DNA of 61,379 nucleotides, filler included, from Globobulimina sp. (lineage: Eukaryota): assembly GCA_003354225.1 (NCBI GenBank). It is 14 parts of 14 records of this genome, joined end to end, with 100 filler letters (N's around TTAATTAATTAA, not from the genome) between each part and the next. Parts side by side here need not be neighbours in the genome. Positions count along the whole stretch, not along the records: positions 57,095 to 61,379 come from PIVH01001385.1; 13 more parts are not named here. The stretch is one strand, 5' to 3'. The notes beneath the pieces were generated by a model that was not told where the DNA came from, did no database searches, and saw nothing but the letters and a program-made list of their open reading frames with translations. Position 1 is the first letter of the stretch. Each line of letters begins with the position of its first letter. This document shows positions 57,748 to 61,379 of this stretch, piece after piece. Both the position numbers and the translations under genes were made by a program.

Positions 57748-59043
57748 ATGGAACCTGCGACTCAGTCATTGCAATATGTCAGCGCTTTGTTGGTTTATGG
57801 CTATATGCGACGCATATTGAAACATTCCATCTCAACACTAATACCAAACGAGCTTATATTAATATGTGTATCATTTATTGAAGCAACAGGAAAGGACTTC
57901 ATTTATTCATCGGATTTCGATAAAAATGGAATATGTTATGCGTTAGCAACTGATTTCGGACAGCATAGATGGGCAAATCCAATGAATAAACGATTGATAG
58001 AGGTCACCGCTGAATGGAATTATGGAAGCGGTGGAAGAATATTTAAAGAACATACTGGAAATCGAGATACTGCAAATTCCACAAGAAACAATAAGAACGG
58101 ATCCATCCGAATCGATTTTAAATCTCAATTGATTGCACCGACAGCATATTCATGGCGACACGACAATGCAAGTAATAATTATCCGCAAAATTGGAATTTT
58201 GAAGGAAGTGCTGATGGAAACAAGTGGCATATTTTGAAAAAACATAAAAATGATTCCCAGCACGGTATAAATGGTGCATTCAAATCGCATACTTGGAGGC
58301 TTGGACCACAAACCGGGTTGATATCGTACAGAATGTTTCGTTTTCGATTAACAGGAAAAGACTCTTCAGCCAATAAAGATTACCCGCATACTATTCATTG
58401 TTCTGGATTTGAAATTTATGGCAGACTCATTGATATTTCGCAAGAGCATGAAAGAGAATATCAAGAAATAATAACCAATCGAGAGCTGGATATCAAAGAG
58501 AAACAACGGAAAGAAGAAAGATCTGAGGAAAGGAAACGAAAATGCGAACCCATAAAAGATGTTTGCTTAAAATTATTGGTGTTGATTGTTATCATTTTTG
58601 TGTTTGCTCCAGATATCGGCGCAGTAATTATTGGCATCAAAAATGAGTGTTCGACTGCGACTACATCCAATAATTCTGCTGCAATGGGAATAAATTTGTA
58701 TTTAATTCTTGGCGCTGTCATACATTTTGTGGCCATTGGAATATGTATTGCTGGTTTATGGATAGTTTTGGAGTTAGCGGATGTTGACAATTATTGGGAT
58801 GATGAGAAATTTTCTAATGGTATACCTGTGGCGGTCTGTTGCGTAGGACTTTGGACTTTGTCATGGAGCATTGTTGGATGTATTTTGTATTCCAAAATGG
58901 ACACAAATACTGCATCAAATAAAGCATGCAGTGACATAGTGATATCATGGGCAGTCTTAAAGATGTTGGAAACATTGGGGATGCCTTTTGTGCTATATTC
59001 TTGGGCAGTTTTTTTTGGATTTCGTACTTATGATTATGAATAA
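57748..59043 (+). CDS. Discoidin/F5-8 type C-like domain + coiled coil + 4-TM protein
   Basis: ATG 57748. F.YSSDFDKNGI.Y.L, W.NP, IDFK..LI.PTAY and NWNFEGS.DG.KW motifs, Y..FR..TG, GFEIYG; four hydrophobic helices. Confidence 0.8.
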   Translation: MEPATQSLQYVSALLVYGYMRRILKHSISTLIPNELILICVSFIEATGKDFIYSSDFDKNGICYALATDFGQHRWANPMNKRLIEVTAEWNYGSGGRIFKEHTGNRDTANSTRNNKNGSIRIDFKSQLIAPTAYSWRHDNASNNYPQNWNFEGSADGNKWHILKKHKNDSQHGINGAFKSHTWRLGPQTGLISYRMFRFRLTGKDSSANKDYPHTIHCSGFEIYGRLIDISQEHEREYQEIITNRELDIKEKQRKEERSEERKRKCEPIKDVCLKLLVLIVIIFVFAPDIGAVIIGIKNECSTATTSNNSAAMGINLYLILGAVIHFVAIGICIAGLWIVLELADVDNYWDDEKFSNGIPVAVCCVGLWTLSWSIVGCILYSKMDTNTASNKACSDIVISWAVLKMLETLGMPFVLYSWAVFFGFRTYDYE

Positions 59044-59317
59044 TATTATTTTTGTATTATTATGGTCATTTTTTGCAATAAAAAGTTGGACTTTCCCCGT
59101 GGTTTAATGGGGAACAGACATATCTGCCATGATAATCTGATACGATAATATATTTACGAATTTATTAATAATGAATTCGATGAATAAGTGATAAGTCTCT
59201 TCCTGTCTAGTTTGCAGATTTAAATGTATAGGGAATTTATAACAGATATACTTTTAAACTTAAACTGAACTGTTAGTGCGAGCTAGACACAGTTTTGTAG
59301 TGCATTTTTCTGCAATA

Positions 59318-60892
59318 ATGGCACAAATCACATCTCATAGAACTGATAGAAGTGAATCAAGTGATACTGCCACTGTCAGTTTGGCTGATTGGCTGAAACA
59401 ACACAAATTGTCTGCAACACACAAACCAAATGGTTCATGTCTTAAAATTCAAGCCGTTGCCAGTATTCGGCGCATTGCATTTTGCCTTTTGGTGATAATG
59501 GCAATATCATTGTACGGCTTCATATATGGCCCCGGCGATGGATATATTCTAAAAGTTATATCAAACAGCCACATTGAACAAGAATTGAGTATTAAGGCGG
59601 CTGGGAATATTTTCCAACAACATTTACACAATAAAATTAAGAATCAAACATTTTACTGCAATTCATCTAATTTTAAATACATTGATTTATTGATGCAAGA
59701 TATCCATAAACATAACAAAACATTCAATTTTAAATGGACTTCGACCTCAATCACTGCCGCATTGGCCGCTAACAAAGCTTTTGTTGAGAGAGGAAAAAAT
59801 GTGCGCTTGAAATATTATAACAACACATTATATTTACATATACCATATGGATATAAAGGAAGTTCGTGGGCCAAGAAATATTGCACTGCCTTCATTACAT
59901 ATTTCTGGATATTCACACAAAAATATAAAGGGAGTCTGCCAGCATTTGATATTATTATTTATGTAATGGATTCATTGCGATATCATTATAATTTTGTTCG
60001 CGATTATCAACGCATTCCACCAATATTCGTCTCAGAGTCATATCAAGATAACTTTACAAATGTTTTGTTTCATGGTTTACCTCGCTCCATAGTCAAAAAC
60101 CTGTACTACAAAATGCAAAGATTCTTATCTGCAGAAAACAACAGTACCGATCCGGATGCATATCCTACACAGTTTCGTGTGCACAAACATTTGTCCTTTG
60201 ACCAGAAAATAAATCAAGTGTTGTTCCGTGGCGGCATGACAAACCGAGTGAGGGACCGCGCAGTTTATGAGCTGAATTATGCGAATAGTAATTATAGCGT
60301 TTCCTCCTCATTCATTAACGCAAAGATGATCCATCCCGAATGGACTCCGTTGAGCCACAGGTCCCCGATCCTCTGCATTCCGTTCACCAACAAGAGCACT
60401 GAGAAATGCTGGACGGACAGAATGAAAGAGGCAGATCAGGAAAAGTATAAATATATTGTCGTCATTGATGGCTTTACGACGAGAGATGGCTTTGTGCTGC
60501 AGATGCCGTACGATTCCGTAAAATTAAAATACAAATCCAATCTGAATGAATTTTGGTACTATGATTTGTTTGATAAAGAAAATATTTTGTATTGGAACTC
60601 GACACAGGAATTGCTTGCGATGGTTGGTGATTTGTATGAACATAAAATTGAGAATATTGGACAAGTTGCAATGAATTCTGTTGATTATGCAAAGGGACAT
60701 TTTGATGAAAAGTCGTTGGACTGCTTCACATTGCATATGATCAATATTTATAATGAATACTTTTTCAATGAGTCTGCAGTGGAGTTGGATGAGAATGACA
60801 GGTTGGTCAAACCGTGGGATTATATACGAATACACAACAGAAAATTAGTAGATTTTGACACACTGCTTAACACAACCTTCAATATGTACTAA
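59318..60892 (+). CDS. Glycosyltransferase family 90 (CAP10/POGLUT-like), type II membrane protein
   Basis: Signal anchor; K.NQVLFRG, Q.KYKYIV.IDG, EFWYYDL and VA.NS..YA...F motifs. Confidence 0.82.
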   Translation: MAQITSHRTDRSESSDTATVSLADWLKQHKLSATHKPNGSCLKIQAVASIRRIAFCLLVIMAISLYGFIYGPGDGYILKVISNSHIEQELSIKAAGNIFQQHLHNKIKNQTFYCNSSNFKYIDLLMQDIHKHNKTFNFKWTSTSITAALAANKAFVERGKNVRLKYYNNTLYLHIPYGYKGSSWAKKYCTAFITYFWIFTQKYKGSLPAFDIIIYVMDSLRYHYNFVRDYQRIPPIFVSESYQDNFTNVLFHGLPRSIVKNLYYKMQRFLSAENNSTDPDAYPTQFRVHKHLSFDQKINQVLFRGGMTNRVRDRAVYELNYANSNYSVSSSFINAKMIHPEWTPLSHRSPILCIPFTNKSTEKCWTDRMKEADQEKYKYIVVIDGFTTRDGFVLQMPYDSVKLKYKSNLNEFWYYDLFDKENILYWNSTQELLAMVGDLYEHKIENIGQVAMNSVDYAKGHFDEKSLDCFTLHMINIYNEYFFNESAVELDENDRLVKPWDYIRIHNRKLVDFDTLLNTTFNMY

Positions 60893-61068
60893 TCAACAAA
60901 CACACAAAAAAAGACCGGAGTTATTGCAATATTGAGGAAATAAAATGTTTTTTTACTCGAGTCGATCAGATAATCATTAACGTGTTCCATAGTTCGCACA
61001 ATCGCACAACTTTAAACTAAACAAATTCATCTTACAATCAAGTATAACAAATACAAATGAACTATTCT

Positions 61069-61379
61069 TTAGCATTTATTGTGATGACTACATTTGTCAT
61101 TCAATATTGCAATACCTCTGAACCTGCTGATAACGTATCGGAATTTAGTGACTGTACAGATTTTGGAAGTTGTAATTCGTATCATTCTGATTTTGGTGAT
61201 GCTCGATTGAGAGTAGAATGTACTTTGGAAAAAGCACGGAATGAATCCAATATTACTGAATTTACCAGAATCCATCGCATAGTCGTTTCCGGACTCACTT
61301 CTTTTCCTAAAGCATTTCTGCTCAGACATCAAGTTTACCAGCATTGGCTCAAATGGATCGTGCAAAATAATTGGATACA
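61069..61379 (-). CDS. Possible C-terminal fragment of an unknown protein
   Basis: About 100 open codons near the contig end; no motif recognised. Confidence 0.25.
   Translation of the reverse strand, partial: YPIILHDPFEPMLVNLMSEQKCFRKRSESGNDYAMDSGKFSNIGFIPCFFQSTFYSQSSITKIRMIRITTSKICTVTKFRYVISRFRGIAILNDKCSHHNKC

Noticed and set aside
1-61379. rRNA, tRNA and alternative genetic code
   Set aside because: No rRNA or tRNA recognised by eye; apart from the 43460 frameshift, the internal stops I examined are explained by introns under the standard code.

Overview
This is not one locus. It is 14 unrelated ~4.3-kb contigs, sorted by length (4302 down to 4285 bp) and joined by identical 100-bp spacers (44 N + TTAATTAATTAA + 44 N), so gene neighbourhoods mean nothing across spacers. 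Most contigs are AT-rich, very gene-dense eukaryotic DNA with short GT-AG introns (mostly 42-72 nt) and divergent start codons as close as 35 bp. The gene repertoire suggests a protist, plausibly a foraminiferan/rhizarian (inference only). One contig (48325-52609) is bacterial: a BMP-family ABC transporter plus a YheO-like regulator. Two contigs start with short prokaryote-like segments fused to eukaryotic DNA and are probably chimeras. Highlights: (1) an intact Penelope-like retroelement (RT + C-terminal GIY-YIG) with a minimal variant hammerhead ribozyme just upstream of its ORF; (2) a DIRS/Ngaro-type retrotransposon whose gag-like ORF appears split by an intron containing a 41-bp tandem repeat; (3) a complete lamin-like gene (IF rod, NLS, two LTD-like domains, CaaX); (4) a recurrent, unnamed ~30-aa 'GY-I-R...P...LI..YF' box placed just before SPRY, RCC1 and discoidin domains in four unrelated genes, a candidate lineage-specific ubiquitin-ligase adaptor system; (5) a pseudo-OTU with an inserted UBL plus a RING; (6) a bacterial-type enoyl-CoA hydratase with an intron and a PTS1; (7) a DUOX-like degenerate peroxidase. 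Family calls come from motif recognition by eye; no searches were run.
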